Below, piece by piece: positions 16,520 through 25,231 of a DNA stretch of 30,110 nucleotides. The DNA lies in IMG/VR virus record IMGVR_UViG_3300046171_000005, positions 1 to 30,110 of that record; one strand, written 5' to 3'. A program made the translations under genes and the position numbers. Each line of letters begins with the position of its first letter. Within the stretch, counting starts at the first letter, position 1. The notes beneath the pieces are model-generated. The model was not told the DNA's origin. It saw nothing but the letters and a program-made list of their open reading frames with translations, and did no database searches. This stretch comes from a virus. Taxonomy: Duplodnaviria; Caudoviricetes.

Positions 16520-17985
16520 TATCTATATCCTTCTTTTATAGCTTCTATATCAAGTCCTTGAGCATCATTCCAATCTTTGTTTGCTGGAACTTGTATATTA
16601 AATTTAAAGTATCGTGCAGACTTATGAAACGGAATTGTTCCTGTAGAGTGCATAGCATTTTCACTTGTTGTAGATGAAGTATCAGCAACTTTATCTTTAA
16701 AAGTTAAAGAACCTGTAGCATCATCAGTATCTATTATTGGTCTTACATGAGTAACTAGTGAACGATTGTTTGGAAATACCTCTGTTTCACCAGTACCTAT
16801 TTCAGCTTTCAATGAGTTGCCTTGGAAAGCTCCTAGTTTATGATCTGTTCCAAATACACCAAATGATCTAAGTCCACCAGACCAGAATGCACTATCTAAT
16901 GAAATAGTAATTGCATCTAAATCATTAGCACCTGATGTTGGATAATCATCTAGTTCTTCTAATGTATAACCAGGAGTTTGATAATCTAGCATATACTCAT
17001 GGTCTATAACTACTAATGACCATCTCTTAGATTCATAGTGATATACAAGAATCTTATCATTTTGAGTTTCAGAGTTAGTTCCTGTTTTAGATGGATAAGA
17101 CCAACATATTAGTTTGTTTTCTCTATCAGCAGTTGCTTTGACTCTTTCTCTTTTAGCAAATTTTAAATCATTAAAAAAGAAACGATCTACTTTACCATTA
17201 CCAATAGGAACTGAAGTATTGCCATCAGTAACTCTAAATCCATCTTCAGATAAAAAGTAAACCATGTTTCCAACTTTAATTACATTCTTACCTTGTACTG
17301 CTCCTACATTATCTTCTATTCTTCTAAATGAAAAGATAACATTACCGCCTCTATAATCCATTCTAGTAATACGAGACTCTTGAAATATCAATCCATACTG
17401 CCCACCAGTAACACCAGTAATAACTCCACCTTCAGGTAGAACTTCTGTATCAGATTGATTAGTTCCAGCAGTCCAAGATGTAGGACTATTAAAACTAGAC
17501 CAGGCTACAGTTGTTTGTGCAGTTGGTTGAAATCCTGTAACAACAAAATTACCTACAACAGCAGCATGTTTAAATATAGGAGGTGATCCTGCAAGTGCAG
17601 CAAAGTCAGATGATGAATCTAATGTCCATGCTTGAGCTGCATCATCACCATTAAAAGCAATAACAACTTCTCCAAACTTAATAAAATCCCAATGACCATC
17701 AGTAGGTGTAGAGAATGTAGTACCACCACTTTCATCTACAAATGAGTTAGATGTTAGTTTATATAACTTAGTAGCATCACCAGCAAATATAGAGATAACA
17801 CCACTATCTGATTTAAAAGATGCTGCTCCTTGCGCTCTAGCTGTTAAAGCATTACCACTAGTAGTAGAAATACTTTTCCAAGGTCTATAACTAGTCACAG
17901 CAGGATAAACATTTAAGGCTTGTGTTGCACCAGGGTTAGTGTGGTCTGGTAAATCAGGTAGCCATTCTCCAAAAGGTACTTGCAT
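16519..17985 (-). CDS. tail hub/nozzle (P22 gp10 / tail tubular protein B-like)
   Basis: 488 aa beta-rich protein starting MQVPFGEWLPD, directly after the adaptor gene. Confidence 0.75.
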   Translation of the reverse strand: MQVPFGEWLPDLPDHTNPGATQALNVYPAVTSYRPWKSISTTSGNALTARAQGAASFKSDSGVISIFAGDATKLYKLTSNSFVDESGGTTFSTPTDGHWDFIKFGEVVIAFNGDDAAQAWTLDSSSDFAALAGSPPIFKHAAVVGNFVVTGFQPTAQTTVAWSSFNSPTSWTAGTNQSDTEVLPEGGVITGVTGGQYGLIFQESRITRMDYRGGNVIFSFRRIEDNVGAVQGKNVIKVGNMVYFLSEDGFRVTDGNTSVPIGNGKVDRFFFNDLKFAKRERVKATADRENKLICWSYPSKTGTNSETQNDKILVYHYESKRWSLVVIDHEYMLDYQTPGYTLEELDDYPTSGANDLDAITISLDSAFWSGGLRSFGVFGTDHKLGAFQGNSLKAEIGTGETEVFPNNRSLVTHVRPIIDTDDATGSLTFKDKVADTSSTTSENAMHSTGTIPFHKSARYFKFNIQVPANKDWNDAQGLDIEAIKEGYR

Positions 17986-18635
17986 TATTTTACGTTATCA
18001 AAGTTATTAATATTAATATCTGTTCTTTGTATAAGAGGTGAACCATTGTATTTATCTTTTTCATCACCAGCTTCTACTTGTTGTAAAGCTGCTTCATATT
18101 GTGATTTAAACTGTGCAATAGTAGTTTGATCCATGCCTCTAATAAATGTAGATGCAAAGTATAATGCACCATATAAATATACATCAGGATGATTTGTAAG
18201 AATATGATTGGTAGTAGTTGTAGCATCAATACTATCAAATGCTTTATAATATGTTAGCCTGGCTGTGTATGAAGTATCAGGTGTAGGACTAAATCTAAAG
18301 TTTGATCCTTCAATAGAATACATTTTAGGAACACCAGATCTTTCAAAACCAGCAGTATTAGCTTGATGGTATGCAGTAGTTAGTTCTAATGTTTGGTCAG
18401 GTGTAGAACTTGTAAGTATAAAACTACGAGCCTGTAAAAATCCTGTAGGTAGAGCTTCTGTTTCTGAGTCTATTGTAAACGTAGCATCTACTGTTTCCAT
18501 ATTTCTAACTCTTAATCTACGATTAAAGTCAGCTTCTGTTAAGTCAATAAAATCATCTATCTCAGATGTTAAATCATCTCTAGCTAGGAAATTAGCTATT
18601 GCTGTTTTTAAATTTGCATAATTGTTTAACGCCAT
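17985..18635 (-). CDS. head-tail adaptor (tail tubular protein A-like)
   Basis: NYANLKTAIANFLARDDLT..FIDLTEA..RRLR..LP.GF..HPDVYLYGAL motifs. Confidence 0.8.
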   Translation of the reverse strand: MALNNYANLKTAIANFLARDDLTSEIDDFIDLTEADFNRRLRVRNMETVDATFTIDSETEALPTGFLQARSFILTSSTPDQTLELTTAYHQANTAGFERSGVPKMYSIEGSNFRFSPTPDTSYTARLTYYKAFDSIDATTTTNHILTNHPDVYLYGALYFASTFIRGMDQTTIAQFKSQYEAALQQVEAGDEKDKYNGSPLIQRTDININNFDNVK

Positions 18636-18952
18636 TATAACTTCTTATCTCCCACTCTAAAGTTTTGGAACTCATTACTGTTAATCATTCTTTTTATAAT
18701 AGTACGTTGGTCATCTTTATGTACTTTATGCCAATTAGAATGACCAAATAGTTCTTTAGTTTTTATTTGCAGAGCAATCAATGGTATCTGTGCAATCCTT
18801 TGAAACTCTCCACGCTGTTCATTAGCTCTATGGTTACGAGCTATTTTATTATCATTAAGTATGTTTGTTGTATCTTGTGTTTTTTTGACAACTAATTTTC
18901 TAGTGCCTCTATCTATATGTATATCTTGATTTGAATTATATATATTAGTCAT
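18635..18952 (-). CDS. conserved phage hypothetical protein
   Basis: QD...IL..N..RIAQIP..NS.EF..FR pattern; coupled to the adaptor. Confidence 0.65.
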   Translation of the reverse strand: MTNIYNSNQDIHIDRGTRKLVVKKTQDTTNILNDNKIARNHRANEQRGEFQRIAQIPLIALQIKTKELFGHSNWHKVHKDDQRTIIKRMINSNEFQNFRVGDKKL

Positions 18953-18953
18953 A

Positions 18954-19748
18954 TTATAGTTCCGTTACATCAACATCATAAGCATCAACTAAGACTCTCC
19001 AACCATAAGTATCATTATAAAATACTAAACCAATACCTGTGTTTTGAGTTGTTATGGTTAAGTCAGCAGTAGCTCCTTGTATCTTCTTTGAGTTGCGATT
19101 TATTGTCAAGTTATTGGAATCAAAAGATGCAGTTGCATCAAGTACATGAACTTCATCACCAGCACTAGGACTAGCAGGAAGTGTAATTGTAAATGCACCA
19201 CCTGAAGTATCGCATAATATTTTATCACCAGCAACAGCAGTATAGTTTGCTGTTTTAGTTAAGTTATAGTTAATGTGTGATTTACTATCAAGTTGTGTTT
19301 GAATAGCACTAGTAACACCATCAACATAATTTAATTCAGTAGTAGAGAGAGTAGCTCCATCTAGTATTTCTAATTCTGTTTCATTGATAGATGCACTACC
19401 AATTATAAATCCTGTAGCAGTAACTGTAGAATTAAATGCAGCAGCTCCAGCTTCTGACATATCTAATGTTAATGCTGTAATATCTGAAGTGTTATCTGTT
19501 CCTTTAAATATAATATCAGTATCACCTGCTTGCGCGTCAATAGTAATGTTTCCAGAACTTGTTGCTATAGTAACAGCAGCATCACCAGTTGCAATATCAT
19601 CAGCAGCAACAGATGCAGATATAGATGAATTTAAGTTTGAAAATGTTATTCGTTTTGTTGTACCAGCATCAGTATCAACTACTACAAATTCATCATCATT
19701 GGCAGGACTAGTTAATGCACTCAACTCTGAAATTTTACTATCAGCCAT
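18954..19748 (-). CDS. fibre-like structural protein
   Basis: MADSKISEL N-terminus, ELNYVDGVTSAIQTQLD coil, DTSGGAFTITLPASPSAGD domain typical of phage fibres. Confidence 0.7.
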   Translation of the reverse strand: MADSKISELSALTSPANDDEFVVVDTDAGTTKRITFSNLNSSISASVAADDIATGDAAVTIATSSGNITIDAQAGDTDIIFKGTDNTSDITALTLDMSEAGAAAFNSTVTATGFIIGSASINETELEILDGATLSTTELNYVDGVTSAIQTQLDSKSHINYNLTKTANYTAVAGDKILCDTSGGAFTITLPASPSAGDEVHVLDATASFDSNNLTINRNSKKIQGATADLTITTQNTGIGLVFYNDTYGWRVLVDAYDVDVTEL

Positions 19749-19854
19749 TCTTTACTCTCTTTCTTAAAACTTTGTTTCTTTCTTTATTCTTAGATTGTTG
19801 TTGAGAAGATTTCTCTTTCTCTTTTAATAATTTAACAAGCTCATCAAAGGTCAT
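19741..19854 (-). CDS. small basic protein (37 aa; not in ORF track)
   Basis: MTFDELVKLLKEKEKSSQQQSKNKERNKVLRKRVKNG; overlaps both neighbours. Confidence 0.55.
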   Translation of the reverse strand: MTFDELVKLLKEKEKSSQQQSKNKERNKVLRKRVKNG

Positions 19855-19991
19855 TTACCCTGTCCAATATATCGCTTAAAGTTTCTACGTTTTTGTTTAT
19901 TTTTAGGTCTTGATCTAACAGACTGTCCTATAGAAGTTCTTTTTTTAGAACCAGGTACGTGTGCTGAATATGATTTTGCTTTTTTTGCCAT
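19851..19991 (-). CDS. small basic protein ending in YxGQG (46 aa; not in ORF track)
   Basis: MAKKAKSYSAHVPGSKKRTSIGQSVRSRPKNKQKRRNFKRYIGQGK; TAATG/ATGA coupling. Confidence 0.7.
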   Translation of the reverse strand: MAKKAKSYSAHVPGSKKRTSIGQSVRSRPKNKQKRRNFKRYIGQGK

Positions 19992-20164
19992 TAATTAGGT
20001 ATAGGTGTACCACTAAATACAGTACCCACCGCTTGTTCTAATCGAAGGTTTGATCCTTCTTCCATTAATAAATATGTTCTATCTTCAAGTTGTAAAAGAT
20101 CATTAGGTACATCTGTTCTACGATCACGATAACGATCTTGTCCTCGAAGTGAAAATCTTTTCAT
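19991..20164 (-). CDS. small protein with LxLED..YLL.E motif (57 aa; not in ORF track)
   Basis: MKRFSLRGQDRYRDRRTDVPNDLLQLEDRTYLLMEEGSNLRLEQAVGTVFSGTPIPN; abuts upstream stop. Confidence 0.65.
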   Translation of the reverse strand: MKRFSLRGQDRYRDRRTDVPNDLLQLEDRTYLLMEEGSNLRLEQAVGTVFSGTPIPN

Positions 20165-20461
20165 TTACTGTGTTAGTTCTGTAACTCTTGCAGTTCCAGT
20201 AACAGATCCCACTCTTAGGAATGCTACCTTAGTAGCAGGCGTTACTCTAAAATACTCTGGTGTATATGCAGGTATAATTAAACTTGATGATGTTGCAGAT
20301 GGTGAAGCACCAAACTCTACATAAGCATCAACTGTACATACAATTCTAACTTCTCTAGTTTCAGCATTAAACGCTGTACTGTTTGCAGCAGATGAATCAG
20401 CAACAGCTACTGTGTGATTTGTGTCTACTTTAAATGTAGTTGGGCTTTTTGTTGTTGTCAT
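20165..20461 (-). CDS. putative capsid decoration protein, paralog 2
   Basis: Beta-rich; aligns by eye with 20464..20736; downstream of capsid gene. Confidence 0.6.
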   Translation of the reverse strand: MTTTKSPTTFKVDTNHTVAVADSSAANSTAFNAETREVRIVCTVDAYVEFGASPSATSSSLIIPAYTPEYFRVTPATKVAFLRVGSVTGTARVTELTQ

Positions 20462-20463
20462 AT

Positions 20464-20736
20464 TTACTCCGTTAGTTCTGAAATATACAATGATCCGTTA
20501 TCAGCAGATCGAATAGCAGATACAATTTGACCTTCAGTAACTTTGAATATCTCATAGTCTTTTGCAGCTATTGGTGTTGCAGCATTAGTTGCTGTAACTG
20601 CTGGATTATTAATTGTAATAAAACAATCAGTCGTTGCATATACTCTAATAAATCTTACATGATCTGAAATAGCAGAACTATTTGCAGCACTGTCTGTGTA
20701 GTCTACTTTTTTAACTACTCCACTTAATCTATACAT
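20464..20736 (-). CDS. putative capsid decoration protein, paralog 1
   Basis: Beta-rich; first gene after the capsid gene; AAGGA RBS. Confidence 0.6.
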   Translation of the reverse strand: MYRLSGVVKKVDYTDSAANSSAISDHVRFIRVYATTDCFITINNPAVTATNAATPIAAKDYEIFKVTEGQIVSAIRSADNGSLYISELTE

Positions 20737-20755
20737 AATACTTTCCTTTAATAGA

Positions 20756-20775
20756 GGGGAGACCGAAGTCTCCCC
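20756..20775 (-). terminator. GC-rich cUUCGg hairpin after major capsid gene (attenuator or mRNA stabiliser)
   Basis: Minus strand GGGGAGAC-TTCG-GTCTCCCC; no clear U-tract follows. Confidence 0.65.
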
Positions 20776-20785
20776 CTAATTATAA

Positions 20786-21733
20786 TTACTGATTAATATC
20801 AGCAATAATGCCATGTGCGGCTTCGTTTCTCATTTCGAGAGTGTACTCAACTAAAAGTTGTTTCTTCTCAGAGTCACCAGTCTTTGCAAGATCAGCAACT
20901 TGGAAGTCTCTTAGATAAGCAGTAGCAGCCATGTCAGACTGTAGTAAGAAAATTTGTTTCTCAGCAGTCGTAGCCATAACTCTATTTGGAACCACTTGGA
21001 TGTCTCCAAAGTCTGAGCTATAAACGTCAATAGCAGCAAACTCAGTTCTTGATTCAGCTGGGCCAAAACGAGTAGTGTTCGCATTGAATCCAGAAATCAC
21101 TTGTTTAACTGAAGGTGGAACTACCAATAGATCCAAATCGCCACCAGAAACATAAACATCTTCGATAGCAGCTTTTAGGATTGTTTCAGTAAGGTCTCTG
21201 TCTGTACCATCATTAGGTAAGTCAGCTCCTCCACCAGTTGACATTGAACCAGTAGCACCTACGCTACCATTCGTTGCAATCCAAGAAGGTAAAGAACCCA
21301 AAGCTCTAGCAGCAGTTGCTGATCCAACAGCAGCTACTTGACCTTCGATAAGAGCAAACTCCATATCTTTTTTAAGTTCTTTTGATTTCTTAGCAATTTG
21401 ATAAGCCATTTCGTCAGCTCTACCAGCAGCGTCAACAGCACTTTGAGTTCCTGATAAAGCAATTACTTTGTCAGAAATTTGTGTGTAGTTGAAAGCTCTT
21501 GTAGTAGCAGTCATAGCGTCAACAGTTGCATCATCACCTTCAATAACTTTGTTGGCAGCAGGTGCAGCTAATGAATCTAATTGCCATTCGTGCTTAGTTG
21601 ATTTAGCAGCAGTTCTAGGAATTGCTGAAAGTATAGGAGTATCTTCAGGGCTGATATTGTAAATAACATCCACTAAATCTTCTCTTATACCAGTAGTATC
21701 GTACGTATCGTACAAGTTGGTTGGTTGTGCCAT
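20786..21733 (-). CDS. major capsid protein (DUF5309/SU10-type)
   Basis: GIREDLVDVIYNISPEDTP, HEWQLDSL, NYTQI, KELKKDME, LAKTGDSEK..EYTLE..NE.AHG motifs; AAGGAGG RBS. Confidence 0.9.
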   Translation of the reverse strand: MAQPTNLYDTYDTTGIREDLVDVIYNISPEDTPILSAIPRTAAKSTKHEWQLDSLAAPAANKVIEGDDATVDAMTATTRAFNYTQISDKVIALSGTQSAVDAAGRADEMAYQIAKKSKELKKDMEFALIEGQVAAVGSATAARALGSLPSWIATNGSVGATGSMSTGGGADLPNDGTDRDLTETILKAAIEDVYVSGGDLDLLVVPPSVKQVISGFNANTTRFGPAESRTEFAAIDVYSSDFGDIQVVPNRVMATTAEKQIFLLQSDMAATAYLRDFQVADLAKTGDSEKKQLLVEYTLEMRNEAAHGIIADINQ

Positions 21734-21751
21734 AAGGCCTCCTTATTTTAA

Positions 21752-22741
21752 TTAGAGAAAGTCTTTAAAAATCTTGGCAGCATCTTTTACTTGACCAGAC
21801 TTTTTAAGACGACTTAGTTTATCTCGTCTACGTTGAGCCAATTCATCGGCTTTTGTTTTAGCAACGCCAGGCTTAACAACTTTAGGAGCTTTAGCAACTT
21901 TCTTTGTAACTTTAGGATTTGCTTTTCTTAACTTATCATAAGTCATAGCATCTTTAATTAACAAGACTTGTCTTGAATCATAAATACTATTGATCTCTTG
22001 ATCGCTATAACCAACACCTGATAGATATCTTCTCATATCAGATTTCATTTTGGTAGCTTTAGCAGGATCAGCAAAGTCAGGTATCAAGGTAGCAATCTTA
22101 TTTTGTTGCTCCTGGATATACTTTTGAAACTCTTGCATTTGATTAGCTCTAGTTTCTTCCTGAATCATGTTTAAGTTTTCAGCACGCTTTCGCATTTTAT
22201 GCTCTTGTCGTGCAGCTTCAACAGGATCATCTTCATAAAGTCTTTCAAAGTCTATATTGCTATATTCTCTTTGAAGTTCTTGTTGTGCCATTGTTGTTAA
22301 TTCAGTCAACTTAGACAATTTTTGATTAATCTCAGATTGAGATTGTTGCAATAGATCGTTGTACTTTGATTTCTCTAAAGACAATTCTGATGTCTTGCGT
22401 GTATAATCAGCTTCTCGTTGATACCCTCGAAGTAGTTCATTAAGGGTGACTTCCATTTCGCTGCCATCTACTTTGACAACATATGAAGGTTCCTCTGAAG
22501 TTTCATCAATATCTTCTTGAGCTTCTTGTTCCACAGTTTGTTCTTCTATTTCTTCAGTTTCCTGATCCATATACGGAACATCACTTGGATTAACTGTTTC
22601 TTCAACAGCTTCTTGTTCGACTGTTTCAGTAACTTCTTCAGTCGGTTGTTCTTCTTTTGTTTCAGCAGGTTTAGTTTCTCCAGTCATAAGACCTTTAATA
22701 ACTTGACCAGCGTCAATCACATTCATAGCTTCATCAGCCAT
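21752..22741 (-). CDS. capsid scaffolding protein
   Basis: Acidic N-terminus, VKVDG.E.EVTL.EL..GYQR.ADYTRKT motif, basic C-terminus; directly upstream of capsid gene. Confidence 0.85.
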   Translation of the reverse strand: MADEAMNVIDAGQVIKGLMTGETKPAETKEEQPTEEVTETVEQEAVEETVNPSDVPYMDQETEEIEEQTVEQEAQEDIDETSEEPSYVVKVDGSEMEVTLNELLRGYQREADYTRKTSELSLEKSKYNDLLQQSQSEINQKLSKLTELTTMAQQELQREYSNIDFERLYEDDPVEAARQEHKMRKRAENLNMIQEETRANQMQEFQKYIQEQQNKIATLIPDFADPAKATKMKSDMRRYLSGVGYSDQEINSIYDSRQVLLIKDAMTYDKLRKANPKVTKKVAKAPKVVKPGVAKTKADELAQRRRDKLSRLKKSGQVKDAAKIFKDFL

Positions 22742-22769
22742 AGTTCACTCCTTTATGGTTAGTGTTATA

Positions 22770-22796
22770 TTAGCACTCCAGGTTGGGTGGTGCTAT
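22770..22796. promoter_or_regulatory. CIRCE-like inverted repeat upstream of scaffold
   Basis: TTAGCACTC-N9-TGGTGCTAT versus consensus TTAGCACTC-N9-GAGTGCTAA (15/18). Confidence 0.4.
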
Positions 22797-23053
22797 TTCT
22801 TGCGGAGATCTTGTAATTGTTTCTCTGCAAGTTTACCAGTCTCCATAACAGTACGGAGATGGTTTTCAACCTTACCTAATATTTGGTATGCAAGATAGAT
22901 AGAAAATCTACCTTTGTCATCCGTAGGTGTAGTTTGAAATATTGCTTCTTCATAAGATTTCTTTAGTGTACCTAAAGTCTCTTTGAATAATTCGTTTTCT
23001 AAAACTTCTTTAGCTCTTGTGCCTCTACTAGTCTCTTTGTGGAGATCCGACAT
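22793..23053 (-). CDS. conserved protein between portal and scaffold
   Basis: RG.RAK..LEN.LF.E..GKLAEKQL pattern; overlaps the portal end. Confidence 0.7.
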   Translation of the reverse strand: MSDLHKETSRGTRAKEVLENELFKETLGTLKKSYEEAIFQTTPTDDKGRFSIYLAYQILGKVENHLRTVMETGKLAEKQLQDLRKK

Positions 23054-25223
23054 TTATTTGTACTTCTGCCTCAGGTTGTTCTGGTTGTAAAAGTTCTTTA
23101 GTTGCAGCATCTAAAATTTGTTTATTAGTATCACTAATACCTTTCATTTCTAATGCTTCACGCCTAATTGCTTTTTCATCTATATCAGCTTTGTATTTTA
23201 ATTCAAGCTCTTTTGCTTTTGTTTCAAACTCTAATATCATTTTCTGATATTTAAGTTCCATCTCACGCATTCTATTTTCATAGTTCATCTGAGCTTCAGC
23301 TGCTTTTTGTTGTGTTTGAATCTGAGAAACTTTCTCGAACTCTGTTTGTTTAGGCTGTTTAGGTGGCATTTGTTGCATACCTAAAGATGGTTCTGTGAAA
23401 TATGAACCTACATCTTTTAGTCCTGCATTTTCAATAATGCGAGCCAATGTATTATAAATGTTTTGTAAGTTTACGATTGGGCCTTGTGCAGATCCTTGAA
23501 GTTTAATTGCTTCAAGTTGTCTACCAAGGATACCATTTAATATTTGTAATTGTTGATCTCTAGATCCAGTACCTAATCCTACATGGATAGTAACATTGCA
23601 TCTATCTCTCCATTCCATAGGATTCATAGGAATAAAACTATTTCTAATTTTAACAATACGTTCTTTATCTTGATATTTAACAACTAATTCAAATATCTTT
23701 TTGAATATATCTTTAACACCAGTCTCAGCAAATACTCTTGCAATCAATTCTAATCTCATTTGTGATTGAGAAAGAATAGTATTAATACCAGTAGCAGTTT
23801 TATTTAAGCTATCAGTATCCATACCCTGATTGTATTTAGTAACACCACTTCGTTCTTCTTTAATGGTATCAAGATATTGTAATAATGGAAATGCCTGATT
23901 GCTTAGTGTTTGATTTTGTAAAGGCATCATAACTTGTCCAGGTGCGCCCTTTGTTCTTACAACTCCGCCCGGTCGGTTTGTTAAAAGATCATCAAGATTA
24001 ACCTGACCATCCATAACAGCAACTCTGTTATTGTTTGTTAGATACATATTATCTAGTACCTGACGCATAACAGTAGATTTAATTAACTGAATGTCCTCTA
24101 CTAACTCTGCAACAGATCTACCATGGAATCTATGTGGAACAATAATAGGTGTTAATGAACAGAAAGGATGAGAATCAACAGCAACATTATCAAGAATAGT
24201 ATATCCACTATCACCAGCAGAAGTTATCTTTCTAAGTTCTGCAACTCCATCACCATCAACATCCATTCTAATATAAGATTCATAAACAATTACTTCTTCA
24301 GTAGATGCATCACCTACTGTTCTATCATAATCATCATCTACATTTCTGTATCTTGTGCTGCGTTCTTGATTGTATTGTTCTTTGTTTTCACTTGGTAGTG
24401 AATAAACTTTATCATAATCAAAACCCATTTCAATTAATGCACTACGAGTAGTTGGAACTCTATGACACATAAAGTTTGCATCAGCTAATGATTTAGCCTG
24501 GCGTTCAATTAAAAATTCTTCAGGTGGTATTGGTTCTATTTTAACTTTACCAAATGTTTGTTTTCTAGTTATGACAACATCATGTAGTTTTGGTGTTGGA
24601 ACTTTGTTAAGCTCATCTCTCATCAATGATGCTTGTAAAGAATCTTCTTGTTCTGCTAGTACATCTTCTGCTTTTGATTTTTGTTCTAGGAATGTTTCAT
24701 CTTCGTACTCAGTATGTTCTTTTACATCTACACCATCTTCATCAACAAGCATTGTAAATTCATCATCAGATAACTTCTCATAAGTTTCTCGTTCAATTTT
24801 TTCAGAGTTATCCCAGTATACTTTACAGATACCATTCTTTTGTAGCAATGCATCTTTAAACATTGAGTATAGAACAGTAAAGCCTTCGTTATCTTTATTA
24901 AAAATATGATTAAGATAATCAGTTGCTTGTTCAGCTATTTGTACATCTTCTTGTCCAACAGGTTCTACCTTAACTACATTATCACTTGCAGTAAATATTC
25001 TAAGCAATGGTGGTAAGATTGATTCAATAGTATCAGCTACATCAGTAGAAACAACTTGTGATCTACCTTCTACTTCATTACCGAATGCTTCACCAAAATA
25101 ATATTCATTAGCTTTGCGTCTAGATTCTGTTAATTCAGAAGAATAAAATCCATAACTATTTTTAATATGATCTCCTAAAATACCTGAGATTACATACTCG
25201 TCTAGTGGTTTACCTTTTGCCAT
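23028..25223 (-). CDS. portal protein (P22-like)
   Basis: 731 aa after TerL; GNEVEGRSQVVS.DV.DT, FKDALLQKNG, EERSGVT, C-terminal coiled coil. Confidence 0.9.
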   Translation of the reverse strand: MAKGKPLDEYVISGILGDHIKNSYGFYSSELTESRRKANEYYFGEAFGNEVEGRSQVVSTDVADTIESILPPLLRIFTASDNVVKVEPVGQEDVQIAEQATDYLNHIFNKDNEGFTVLYSMFKDALLQKNGICKVYWDNSEKIERETYEKLSDDEFTMLVDEDGVDVKEHTEYEDETFLEQKSKAEDVLAEQEDSLQASLMRDELNKVPTPKLHDVVITRKQTFGKVKIEPIPPEEFLIERQAKSLADANFMCHRVPTTRSALIEMGFDYDKVYSLPSENKEQYNQERSTRYRNVDDDYDRTVGDASTEEVIVYESYIRMDVDGDGVAELRKITSAGDSGYTILDNVAVDSHPFCSLTPIIVPHRFHGRSVAELVEDIQLIKSTVMRQVLDNMYLTNNNRVAVMDGQVNLDDLLTNRPGGVVRTKGAPGQVMMPLQNQTLSNQAFPLLQYLDTIKEERSGVTKYNQGMDTDSLNKTATGINTILSQSQMRLELIARVFAETGVKDIFKKIFELVVKYQDKERIVKIRNSFIPMNPMEWRDRCNVTIHVGLGTGSRDQQLQILNGILGRQLEAIKLQGSAQGPIVNLQNIYNTLARIIENAGLKDVGSYFTEPSLGMQQMPPKQPKQTEFEKVSQIQTQQKAAEAQMNYENRMREMELKYQKMILEFETKAKELELKYKADIDEKAIRREALEMKGISDTNKQILDAATKELLQPEQPEAEVQINVGSPQRD

Positions 25224-25231
25224 ATATTTCC

